The notes under the pieces are model-generated. The model was not told the origin of the DNA and ran no database searches. It worked only from the letters and a program-made list of their open reading frames with translations. DNA of 64,000 bases from Bacillota bacterium (GTDB lineage: Bacteria; Bacillota; Desulfitobacteriia; Desulfitobacteriales; JAJXUE01). The stretch lies in contig JAJZPO010000003.1 of NCBI GenBank assembly GCA_021811155.1, positions 5,697 to 69,696 on the forward strand. Reading direction: 5' to 3'. The translations under genes were made by a program, and so were the position numbers. This document shows positions 16,855-25,412 of the stretch, one piece after another; the first letter of the stretch is position 1, and every line of letters begins with the position of its first letter.

Positions 16855-18929
16855 TGAACATGAATAAGACCTATACGCTAAATGAATATTATCCTTATGC
16901 GTATAGCACCACGACCAGAGTAGAGGTCTATTCCGACAATATCACAGCGGCAAATTTACTCTCCCACCACAAGCAAAAAGATGTAGTTGAAGTTTCTGTG
17001 TGGGAGTGTATAGGTGCAGACACCCCATACCTACCTATGCCTAACACAGTTATGAATATTTTGGACAAAAAAATTAGAGCTATAAATAAGCGTGTAATTG
17101 TCACAGGCATTGACGCTTATTTATCTCTGTTGAGTGAGCAAAACATCAAAGCGTTTATGGTTGCTCTCCAAAGCCGTATTGACGATGGAAAACTGAATAC
17201 AGCTTATATGATAAGTAATACTCGTTTTGATAGCGCGAAGTTTTCCAATCCAAAATTCGAGAATTCGCTCCTGGTAGTTCACATTAGTGGTAATGTACAA
17301 TACCTCTCGCAACCGACATTTAAAGTGGTTTCGGATAAGTGGGTCCGCAGCGAGAACAATCCATCGAGTTGGAATGCTCTTCTGAAAATGCTCGGGAAAT
17401 ATGAACCAACAGGCAGCTATACGCTTGTACTAAGCAATTACACCAACAAGCAAGCGGGATTGTCAGACGGCGTAACGCAGTTATTTTATATTGCCGAAAT
17501 CGCCGATCAGTATTACGGGATTAGCGTTGATTTGCCGAAGAACGCGGTTGAGATACTTGTGGAAATATGTAAAGAAAAGAACCACTCCCCTCTTGAATAC
17601 TTAAAGGCACAATTCGGCGAAAACAATGCAAATACACGACTTGCCCTCAAACGCCTTCTTGAATTGCAGAATGATGAGTTGTGGTCTGCTTATATTTGGT
17701 TTCTTCAAAAGACTATTGACGGAAGTTCATACTTATCGAAGGTATTAGCTGCAGACCTCAATAAAGACAATATGCTTCGAAAATATGTGTCTGAAACCGC
17801 TATAAACCTTTTGAATGACCCTAACGCTGCATATTATGCACCAGAACGTGCTGAGGCCATAAAAGAACTTGGTACAATTGCTGGTTCGCTGATTGTCGAA
17901 TTTACCGATAAAATCAAAGAAAAATCGAATGAAGACGTTGCCTTTTGGCTTAACTGCAGAACTATGACAGAGCGTGTTGAGATCATCCACCGCGTTTCAA
18001 AGACTGATCTGACAATTGGATTACCACCACTCTGGAATGGTCTATACCCCTTGCTTGAGGATTATTTATCTGACAAATACAACTTCAATAGTGAAAACCT
18101 AACCGCTTACTTCAGGGATTATCGCCGCTTTAAGGTTGCAAATATAGTGACAGAGGCATTTGTAAAGCAGGCGTTTGATTCCGTATTGCCAACCCCTTTT
18201 GCTTCTCGCGATTCTGTGTTACAAGAACTGTCTTCCGATAACGGCTCGGCTCTACTTATAGTAGACGGAATGGGTGCGGAATATTATCCGCTCATTCTTG
18301 CCATGGCAAAACGCCGAGGAATGAACATTGAATACGCAGCCATTGCTGCTGTGAAATTGCCATCATCGACTAAATTTAATAATTTGCATTGGGATGTAAG
18401 TAGAATTCTTAAGCCCGAAATTCACGAGGTTGATAATATATCACATAATGGCGCAGCAAAATATGAAAATTGTTCATTTGAACGGAATATAGCGGCTACG
18501 CTTGAGGTCTTTGAAACTATTTTTAATCGCATTGCAAATGGGCTAACGAGCTATGAACGTATCGTTGTTACCGCCGACCACGGTTCGTCGAGACTTGCTG
18601 CAATTGCCCATAATAACGGACTTGATAAAACTCTTTCTTGGAACGGCGATCCACAAGATTGGCGTTATTCTATTGCGCCTCCAAACACAGAGCGTCCGTT
18701 AGAATTTGAAGCTTATTACGATGCGGAAAGAAACACGACATACTGGGTTGTTCGAGGATATAACCGTTTGCCAAAGCAAGGAGGTAAAATGAGCGTTCAC
18801 GGCGGTGCTACTCTAGAAGAGCGGCTAGTACCTGTAGTAGTGTTTTCTAAAATGAAAACCGAGATCGAACCTATGCCACTCAACAAGAAGATCGTTGAAC
18901 AGCTTATTGAAAAAGATCTCGATATTTAA
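16845..18929 (+). CDS. pglZ: PglZ-domain alkaline-phosphatase-superfamily protein (694 aa)
   Basis: LLIVDGMGAEYYPL and VVTADHGSSRL plus SVHGGATLEERLVPVV blocks are typical of the PglZ domain. The start is ambiguous (TTG 16845, ATG 16854 or 16860) and overlaps the brxC stop. Confidence 0.8.
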   Translation: MGVMNMNKTYTLNEYYPYAYSTTTRVEVYSDNITAANLLSHHKQKDVVEVSVWECIGADTPYLPMPNTVMNILDKKIRAINKRVIVTGIDAYLSLLSEQNIKAFMVALQSRIDDGKLNTAYMISNTRFDSAKFSNPKFENSLLVVHISGNVQYLSQPTFKVVSDKWVRSENNPSSWNALLKMLGKYEPTGSYTLVLSNYTNKQAGLSDGVTQLFYIAEIADQYYGISVDLPKNAVEILVEICKEKNHSPLEYLKAQFGENNANTRLALKRLLELQNDELWSAYIWFLQKTIDGSSYLSKVLAADLNKDNMLRKYVSETAINLLNDPNAAYYAPERAEAIKELGTIAGSLIVEFTDKIKEKSNEDVAFWLNCRTMTERVEIIHRVSKTDLTIGLPPLWNGLYPLLEDYLSDKYNFNSENLTAYFRDYRRFKVANIVTEAFVKQAFDSVLPTPFASRDSVLQELSSDNGSALLIVDGMGAEYYPLILAMAKRRGMNIEYAAIAAVKLPSSTKFNNLHWDVSRILKPEIHEVDNISHNGAAKYENCSFERNIAATLEVFETIFNRIANGLTSYERIVVTADHGSSRLAAIAHNNGLDKTLSWNGDPQDWRYSIAPPNTERPLEFEAYYDAERNTTYWVVRGYNRLPKQGGKMSVHGGATLEERLVPVVVFSKMKTEIEPMPLNKKIVEQLIEKDLDI

Positions 18930-18934
18930 GGACG

Positions 18935-20449
18935 GTGACCAAAATGTATGATATAGCGAAGTTGCGTCAGCACTTTTCAACGACTACGGTCTACAAAGAC
19001 CCTGCGGTTATGGCAATGTTCAAGTCCGCCAAAATAGAATCGTTTTTACGCGATTGGATTATCAAACGAAAGTCAGACAGTAACGGACGGGTAAAAAACA
19101 TAGATGAATTAAGCGAGTATGTCGCTTCAATTATTCCCCACAGAAGTGAAAAAGACAGATTGGAAGACGAGGCTCGCACCAATGGTGAAACGCGACCTTT
19201 TCTTGCAAAAATTAGTGTAGTGTTCCACCCTAATGCGAATTTTCACTCCTTTGAGATTGCGGATTTGGGGTTTACTCACAACTATACTGTTATCGAAGAT
19301 TACGTGTGGGACAGAATAAAGGGAGAAATAATCGGCGAAGCAGGCGGTTGGGGTTTGGTTAAGCTCGGATATATGCCGCCCGAAGGCAACAAAAAGAACG
19401 GTCGTTTCACTCTCCTTGATTTTAAAAACTTCTGCCCGTATGAAGTAAGTGTCGAGGCGTTCCGTGAAGCACGTACACATTTTGAAACTGAAGAGTGGAT
19501 GGACATTCTGCTCGGAGCGATTGACTATAACGCTGACGGTTTTATGCGTCCAAGTCTTATGCCAGAGGAGGCTTGGACGGCGAAACATACAATGCTTACG
19601 AGATTACTTCCGTTCATTCAAGCTAACTTAAACCTTATAGAACTTGCACCCCAGCAAACAGGAAAGTCGTACATTTTTGGAAAACTATGCAAATACGGTT
19701 GGCTTGCAGGAGGTGGCAGTATTAGTCGTGCAAAATTGTTCTTGGACATGCGTCCCGGTGCAAAATCAGCAGGATTGGTCACATTCAATGACTTTGTGGC
19801 TATTGACGAGATTAAGTCGATAAAGTTCACAAACGACAAAGAAATGGCGGGAATCCTGAAAGGATATATGGAAGACGGTAGGGTGAAAGTGGGCGATGTT
19901 AATGTTGAGGGTGGCGCGGGTATAATCTTCTTGGGAAACATAAATGTAGAAGATATGGATGGGTCAAGGGATATGTTCCGTGAATTGCCGGAAGTTTTCC
20001 GCGACACTGCGTTAATTCAGCGCATCCATGGCTTTGTACCTGGAAGAAACATACCACCACTTTCGCCTAAAATGTTTATGAACGGATGGGCATTAAATAC
20101 AGAGTACTTTACGGAAATTATGCACTTATTACGCGCCTCTGCCGAAAACATGCGTTATCGTGGATTGGTTGAGGAACTGGTTACGGTCGGAGCAAAAGTG
20201 GATGAAACGTCCGGTCGTGAGCAAGAGGCGATTATGCGTACGTGTACCGGATATTTAAAGTTGTTTTTTCCTCACGCTAACAGTGAACTGATAAAAGAAC
20301 CCGAATTTAGGAGGGAGTTCAGTCGCTATTGTTTACAGCCCGCAAAAAGGATGCAAGAAACCGTGCTCAAACAGATGCAGATTATCAATCCAGGAGAATT
20401 CGGTAAACGGAGCATGTCCTCCTATAAGTTAAGGGAGGATGATTTATGA
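18935..20449 (+). CDS. brxL: BrxL-like Lon-related AAA+ ATPase (504 aa)
   Basis: The N-terminal VYKDPAVMAMFKSAKIESFLRDWIIKR resembles the BrxL N-terminus. Walker A APQQTGKS (nt about 19651-19668) and Walker B FVAIDEI. I saw no obvious Lon protease Ser-Lys domain. Alternative ATG at 18944. Confidence 0.65.
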   Translation: MTKMYDIAKLRQHFSTTTVYKDPAVMAMFKSAKIESFLRDWIIKRKSDSNGRVKNIDELSEYVASIIPHRSEKDRLEDEARTNGETRPFLAKISVVFHPNANFHSFEIADLGFTHNYTVIEDYVWDRIKGEIIGEAGGWGLVKLGYMPPEGNKKNGRFTLLDFKNFCPYEVSVEAFREARTHFETEEWMDILLGAIDYNADGFMRPSLMPEEAWTAKHTMLTRLLPFIQANLNLIELAPQQTGKSYIFGKLCKYGWLAGGGSISRAKLFLDMRPGAKSAGLVTFNDFVAIDEIKSIKFTNDKEMAGILKGYMEDGRVKVGDVNVEGGAGIIFLGNINVEDMDGSRDMFRELPEVFRDTALIQRIHGFVPGRNIPPLSPKMFMNGWALNTEYFTEIMHLLRASAENMRYRGLVEELVTVGAKVDETSGREQEAIMRTCTGYLKLFFPHANSELIKEPEFRREFSRYCLQPAKRMQETVLKQMQIINPGEFGKRSMSSYKLREDDL

Positions 20450-20649
20450 TCAGGGAAAAACTCGCAAAATGCTACCTTTGCGATGCAGAACTTGACAAAA
20501 TTTCTATCGGTTTGAATAAAAAACTACTCGGCAGGAATGTAAAACGTTTCCACTGTCTTTCCTGCCTTGCCAATTATCTTGATGTGACCGTTGAAGACCT
20601 ACTAGCCAAGGTCGAGGAGTTTAAGGAGCAAGGCTGTAAACTATTCTGA
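20446..20649 (+). CDS. small Cys4 protein (67 aa), translationally coupled to brxL
   Basis: ATGA overlap with the brxL stop. CYLCDAEL ... HCLSCLANYL gives CxxC...CxxC. The C-terminus ends ...FKEQGCKLF. Confidence 0.55.
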   Translation: MIREKLAKCYLCDAELDKISIGLNKKLLGRNVKRFHCLSCLANYLDVTVEDLLAKVEEFKEQGCKLF

Positions 20650-21400
20650 GGAGGCGATGCCGTGATTTATTGCTGATAATACCGCAACAACACAAATTTC
20701 TGACCGAGCATTTGTGCATATGCTTCCATTTTATTTTTATCTCAAACCTTTTAACGATGCCTATACTTTTTAACGAAAGGTAAGTGCGCCCGTAAGTAAC
20801 AGCCAACATTGTTACGCGGACATGATGGAATTCCGCCTTTAGCAAGCGGTAGGAAAAGTGTCAAGGGATAAATCCCTCCCTATCATCCCGCGGCTTACCC
20901 GGATGGGGAAACCCTACGGCGACCATAGCATGCAGCTGTCCGTGAAGACAAGTGCCGAAGTAGTGATTAAAGTTGCCTTAAAATTACGCGGCACGGGGAT
21001 GAAACAACGTGTACGAGGATGAAAGCTAAACTGCTTGATAGGATAGCCAGAACGCGAGTCTATCGTTACACCCACGCGAAAGGTACTGAAACGCGAGGAT
21101 TCCCGGCCGCTGTAGTTTTTACCTATACAGCTGAGCACGACACTCGGGGATGCGTACTCTCCGGACGGAGTGAAATGGCGAAAGTCCCATCCGACAACAC
21201 GTTACGCTAATGTTCCATTATGGCTAAACGGGGATGATCTAAACCCAGCAGCCTGCTGGGCATGGTTACACAGCTTCCATAGTAGTCAGAGGACCCTGAA
21301 ACGACAGGGAAAGCCGTAAACCGGATGCGGGAAAGCCGTCCACATGGCGAAGGGAAGCAGTTGGCCTCTTAATACGGAGAAAGGATGGTGCGGAGGCACC

Positions 21401-23226
21401 ATGCGAAGTCCAACCGAAGTATTAAAGAATCTGAGCGAGAAATCACAAGACAAGTCGTACAGATTTCAACGGTTATACCGAAACCTGTACAACCCGGAGT
21501 TCTACTATACTGCCTATCGGAATATCTACGCAAATGGTGGCAGCATGACTCCGGGGGTGGATGGCACGACCATCGACGGTCTGGGCGGCAGACGTATTGG
21601 GAAAATCATCGAATCCCTGAGAGACGAAAGCTACCAGCCCCATCCCGCACGCCGCGAATATATCGAGAAGAAAAACTCGGCGAAAAAAAACGGCCGCTTG
21701 GAATCCCGTCGGGTGACGACAAGCTAGTGCAGGAAGTAGTCCGCATGCTCTTGGAGAGCATATATGATTCGACCTCCTCCGACCGGTCACATGGATTCAG
21801 GCAGCACAGGAGCTGCCATACTGCGCTCAAGCAAATACAAAATACCTTCACCGGAGCTACCTGGTTTGTCGAAGGCGATATTACCGCATGCTTTGATTCA
21901 TTTGACCACCATATACTGATAGACTTGCTCCGCAAGCGCATAGACGATGAAAAGTTTATCGCCTTAATGTGGAAATTCCTAAAAGCAGGATATATGGAGC
22001 AGTGGCAATTCCATAGTACCTACTCCGGCGTACCGCAAGGCTCGGGTATAAGTCCAACACTTGCAAACATTTATCTAAGCGAGCTGGATGAGTACATGGA
22101 AGACTATAAAGCAAACTTCAAAATTGGTGACTCGCAAAAACGCAAACGGGTCCGCAGCTACACCCGCTTTGAAGGGCAGATTACCCGCCTTAAACAAGCA
22201 AACCAGAAGGTATGGAATCAGTTGAGCAAAGAGGAAAAAATGCAACGAGCAAAGGTAGTGCATCATTTGCAGACGGACAAGCTTCGAATGCAGGCATACC
22301 CATTTCGCGACAAGACATACAAGAATCTGCAATATGTCAGGTTTGCTGATGATTTTCTCATTGGAATAGCCGGAAGTAAAGCGGACGCGGAAAAGCTCAA
22401 AGCCGACCTAACCGTGTTTCTGGAGGAGAAGATGAAGCTCAAATTATCAGACACCAAGACCAAAATCACGCACACCACGCAAAAAGCGCGATTCTTGGGT
22501 TATGATATCACGGTGTCGCACAGCCAAGCCATAAAGCGCACGAAGAAAGGCTACCGCAAGCGCGCATACAAAGGCATGGTTATGCTATTGGTGCCCCATG
22601 AAAATTGGGCTTCAAAATTGCTGGAATATAAGGCAATTCGAATCAAACGGGACGAAAAGGGTAAAGACCAATGGCGCGCCATACATCGAGGTGGACTTAT
22701 CAACCTCACGGACATTGGCATACTGAACAAATATAATGCTGAAGTGCGCGGTTTGTATAACTACTACTGCATTGCAAACAACGCGAATGTAATAGGCAAC
22801 TTCGCCGGGCTGATGAAACACAGTATGCTTAAAACCCTCGCCGGTAAATACCGCACCAAAGTCAAGAAAATTAACGCGCGGTACGTTAAAAACGGAACAT
22901 TCACTGTGCAGTACACCACCAAACGGGGAGTTAAAGAAGCGACCTTTCCTCGAAGCTTTACAAAGCAAAGCAAGCCTTTAACTTTAAATGTTGACGCATT
23001 GCCCGCATACAGACGCTATGAGCGCAAGAACAGTTTGGCCGCGAGAATTAAAACGGGTATGTGTGAGTTGTGCGGCAAGGTTGGATGTGACGTTGAGATG
23101 CATCAGGTAAAACGGCTGAAGGACCTACGTGGGCGCAATCAATGGGAATTGGTAATGTTGGATATCCGACGCAAAACCCTAGCGGTATGCCATGATTGCC
23201 ACGATAAGATTCACGCATGTGATTAA
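21401..23226 (+). pseudogene. group II intron-encoded reverse transcriptase/maturase/HNH endonuclease, frameshifted
   Basis: The N-terminal part (MRSPTEVLKNL...RFQRLYRNLYNPEFYYTAYRNIYANGGSMTPGVDGTTIDG...SYQPHPARREYIEKKNSAKK) is in the frame of ORF 21344-21727. The remainder (KKRPLGIPSGDDKLVQEVVRMLLESIYD..., YVRFADDFLIG, C-terminal CELCG...CHDCHDKIH) is in the frame of ORF 21385-23226. The switch is at the A8 run 21683-21690; one extra A would restore a single ORF. Confidence 0.8.
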
Positions 23227-23251
23227 GAACGACAGATTATAGGCTCACGGA

Positions 23252-23285
23252 GAGCCGGATACATCGAGAGATGTCCGTCCGGTTC
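23252..23285 (+). other. group II intron domain V
   Basis: GAGCCGGATACATCGAGAGATGTCCGTCCGGTTC is a 34-nt hairpin with the AGC triad, a 2-nt bulge on the 3' strand and a GAGA tetraloop. Confidence 0.85.
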
Positions 23286-23443
23286 GGAAGGGAGGGAGAC
23301 CATGGCACAGTTTGCTGTATGCTCATGGTCGAACTTACCTTATGATTCACCCTCAAGGGGGGTGCATCTTTTAACGATAAGGGTTGCAAAAAGTACAAAA
23401 GCACTGCCTTAGCAATGCTTAAAATGGCCTAGATAGCCGGAAA

Positions 23444-23466
23444 GCCCGCCATTGGCGGACTTTTTC
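23444..23466. terminator. short hairpin between the intron flank and ssrA (weak, either strand)
   Basis: CCGCC (23446-23450) pairs with GGCGG (23454-23458). It is followed by ACTTTTT on the plus strand and CTTTCC on the minus strand, about 40 nt beyond the ssrA 3' end. Confidence 0.3.
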
Positions 23467-23501
23467 ATATTTTAAATTGTATCAATTATTGAGTACTTAG
23501 G

Positions 23502-23851
23502 TGGTGGAGGCGAGGGGACTTGCACCCCTGTATCGAAGAGCAGCCACAGAAGCATCTACGGGTGTATCCTTTGCTTTAAACTTCGCCCCTTAAGACTCCC
23601 AAAGGCAGGATTCTTAAAGGACTATCTCGATAAATTTCCCCTAGGCCTCCGAGAATTGGCTTTCGGGTAGCCCGCTAATTTGACACCCTATTCCTCACCG
23701 CAGGCGCAGAGGGTAGGATGTTAACCGCAATTAAGCAGCTAAAGCGTAATTTTCGTTGGCAATTATAAAACCCACCGTTTAACGAGCCAGGTGGAATCTC
23801 GGCCCGCTTCTTCTGCTACCGCATTCCCCGAGCGAATCTAAAAACGCCCCC
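23502..23851 (-). ncRNA. ssrA: tmRNA (SsrA RNA)
   Basis: The minus strand starts GGGGGCGTTTTTAGATTCGCTCGGGG and ends ...GGGGTGCAAGTCCCCTCGCCTCCACCA. The tag reading frame GCCAACGAAAATTACGCTTTAGCTGCTTAA (23760-23731) encodes ANENYALAA-stop. It lies immediately downstream of smpB. Confidence 0.92.
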
Positions 23852-23903
23852 ATATTTTATTCTCATTTAAATATATTATAACACACAAGAAAATATTTGT
23901 GGT

Positions 23904-24371
23904 TCACAGTTTTTGCCGTTCTCTCAAACTGCGTTCTACTTCCCGCTTTGCGTCCTTTTCTGCAATGTCCTGGCGCTTGTCATATTGTTTTTTGCCTTTG
24001 GCCAGGGCCAGTTCAATTTTCGCCAAACCCCGGGTAAAATATACTCGCAGCGGGATCATGGTGAGTCCCTGCAGCTGCATCTGGCCCGCCAGTTTGTTTA
24101 TTTCCGACCGGTTCAACAGCAGTTTGCGTTTGCGCAGAGGGTCGTGGTTGAAGCGGTTGCCCTGCTCATAAGGGCTGATATGCATCTGGTAGAGCATTAC
24201 TTCGCCGTTTTCAATTCTGGCAAAGCTGTCTTTTAAATTAACCCTGGCAGCGCGCAAAGACTTGACCTCCGTGCCCGTAAGTTGGATTCCGGCTTCGTAG
24301 GTCTCTACGATAAAGTAATCATGCCTGGCTTTGCGGTTTTCGCTTACAACCTGAGACTGTTCCTGGCCCAT
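23904..24371 (-). CDS. smpB: SsrA-binding protein SmpB
   Basis: 155 aa. [27 protein letters not shown] ... [11 protein letters not shown] is the typical SmpB sequence. Adjacent to ssrA. Confidence 0.95.
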   Translation of the reverse strand: MGQEQSQVVSENRKARHDYFIVETYEAGIQLTGTEVKSLRAARVNLKDSFARIENGEVMLYQMHISPYEQGNRFNHDPLRKRKLLLNRSEINKLAGQMQLQGLTMIPLRVYFTRGLAKIELALAKGKKQYDKRQDIAEKDAKREVERSLRERQKL

Positions 24372-24473
24372 GCTGCTTCACCAACTCATACCTTTTACGA
24401 TGCCCATAAAGTATATCATATCGACACAAGCTTGTGAAGGCTGTTATTTCCATATATTTCTACAAAGGCCAAG

Positions 24474-24498
24474 GAGGACGGTATGTAATACCGTCCTC
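24474..24498 (-). terminator. hairpin downstream of the SASP gene
   Basis: GAGGACGGTAT-GTA-ATACCGTCCTC gives a perfect 11-bp stem. The trailing sequence is only moderately T-rich. Confidence 0.45.
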
Positions 24499-24513
24499 AG
24501 AGTTTACCCATGG

Positions 24514-24666
24514 TTAGCGTTGGCCAAATTGTTCAAAGGTTCTACGAACCATTTCACCGCCGACCCGGCCATTTTCACGGCTGGTGTTGTCGCCGCCGCG
24601 GGCAATGTTCACACCGAGTTGAGTAGCAACTTGATGTTTGTCAACAGGCAGGTTGTATTTTGCCAT
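24514..24666 (-). CDS. alpha/beta-type small acid-soluble spore protein
   Basis: The true start is the ATG at 24666, preceded by AAGGAGG. MAKYNLPVDKHQVATQLGVNIARGGDNTSRENGRVGGEMVRR matches the SASP consensus (E/QLGV ... T.R.NG.VGGEM). Confidence 0.85.
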   Translation of the reverse strand: MAKYNLPVDKHQVATQLGVNIARGGDNTSRENGRVGGEMVRRTFEQFGQR

Positions 24667-24842
24667 TATCGCACACCTCCTTAACTTTTGGCACAGATGA
24701 ACTGAAACGGTGAAGGATTCGCGCGCGAATTTTTTTGGTTGCAAGCTTAGTTTGTCCACTGATTGATTCGTTATACAGGAAATGTTTGGACAAGCATTTA
24801 ACCCCTAAGGCGAGGCTGAATAGAGGAACACAAAATTCTGAC

Positions 24843-25394
24843 CTATAATTCCAACTCTTCAGCAATCCCCTGCATCGCTTCCAGGCTTAGTGCAAGGAAT
24901 TGCTCCAGGCTCAGGTCAAGTTCGCTGCAGGCGGAGATTTGCTCCCGGTTGGCGCCGCGGGCAAAACCTTTTTCGCCGAATCGGTTCAGCAGGAAATCCA
25001 CGGTTACCGCGTCAAGCCGCTTTTCCGGCCTGATCAATGCTCCGGCCACTATCAGCCCGGTCACCGGGTCAGAGGCGTAGAGCGCTTTGTCCATCAGGCT
25101 GGTGCGGGGAACACCCAGCACATGGTTGTGCGCCTTTACTGCGTGGATAACTTCAGGCGCCAGGCCCAATTCCTCCAGAATCCGAGCTCCTTTCAGGGCG
25201 TGCTGCTCGGGCCGGTCCTTGGTCTCGTCGTAATCAATGTCATGCAACAACCCCGCCAGTGCCCAGGACGCTTCATCCTCGCCGAAGTGGCCGGCCAGCC
25301 GGGCCATAACCGCTTCCACGGCGTACATATGCTTGAGCAGGTTCTTGTTCTGGATATACTTCTTTAGCTCCTGCAGGGCTTCTTCTCGCCTCAT
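24843..25394 (-). CDS. HD-domain metal-dependent phosphohydrolase
   Basis: 183 aa with H...HDIDY signature (LAGLLHDIDYDE). Confidence 0.8.
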   Translation of the reverse strand: MRREEALQELKKYIQNKNLLKHMYAVEAVMARLAGHFGEDEASWALAGLLHDIDYDETKDRPEQHALKGARILEELGLAPEVIHAVKAHNHVLGVPRTSLMDKALYASDPVTGLIVAGALIRPEKRLDAVTVDFLLNRFGEKGFARGANREQISACSELDLSLEQFLALSLEAMQGIAEELEL

Positions 25395-25412
25395 GACTGT
25401 CTCTCCTTTTTT

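Larger units (their letters stand above)
20784..23343 (+). mobile_element. group II intron (complete ribozyme, ORF in domain IV)
   Basis: The 5' end is GTGCGCC at 20784. EBS1 TTACCT in a hairpin loop (21119-21124) complements the last 6 nt of the 5' exon, AGGTAA (20778-20783). An EBS2-like TCGTTA (21063-21068) complements TAACGA (20771-20776). Domain V is at 23252-23285. The domain VI stem spans 23298-23330, with an unpaired A at 23337 seven nt before the proposed 3' end ...CCTTAT (23343). Confidence 0.85.

Noticed and set aside
20621-21210. Track ORFs 20621-20845 (minus), 20914-21138 (minus) and 21019-21210 (plus).
   Set aside because: They lie across the intron 5' boundary and inside ribozyme domain I, which holds the EBS1 and EBS2 hairpins. 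They have no RBS and no motifs.
21344-21727. The 127-aa ORF as an independent gene upstream of the reverse transcriptase.
   Set aside because: Its sequence (RFQRLYRNLYNPEFYYTAYRNIYANGGSMTPGVDG...) is the conserved N-terminus of intron-encoded RTs. It joins the 613-aa ORF through a 1-nt frameshift, so the two are pieces of one gene.
1-23501. Search by eye for a direct repeat of the ssrA 3' end (att duplicate) or for terminal inverted repeats that would delimit the island.
   Set aside because: I found none in the window. This is a negative result from visual inspection only and needs a BLASTN or dot-plot check. The left boundary probably lies beyond position 1.
24689-24705. TGGCAC-containing sequence (TTGGCACAGATGAACTG) as a sigma-54 promoter, given that rpoN is in the window.
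   Set aside because: The -12 element is CTG rather than TTGC/TGC at the correct spacing, it is on the plus strand with no plus-strand gene downstream, and it lies in the SASP 5' region in antisense.
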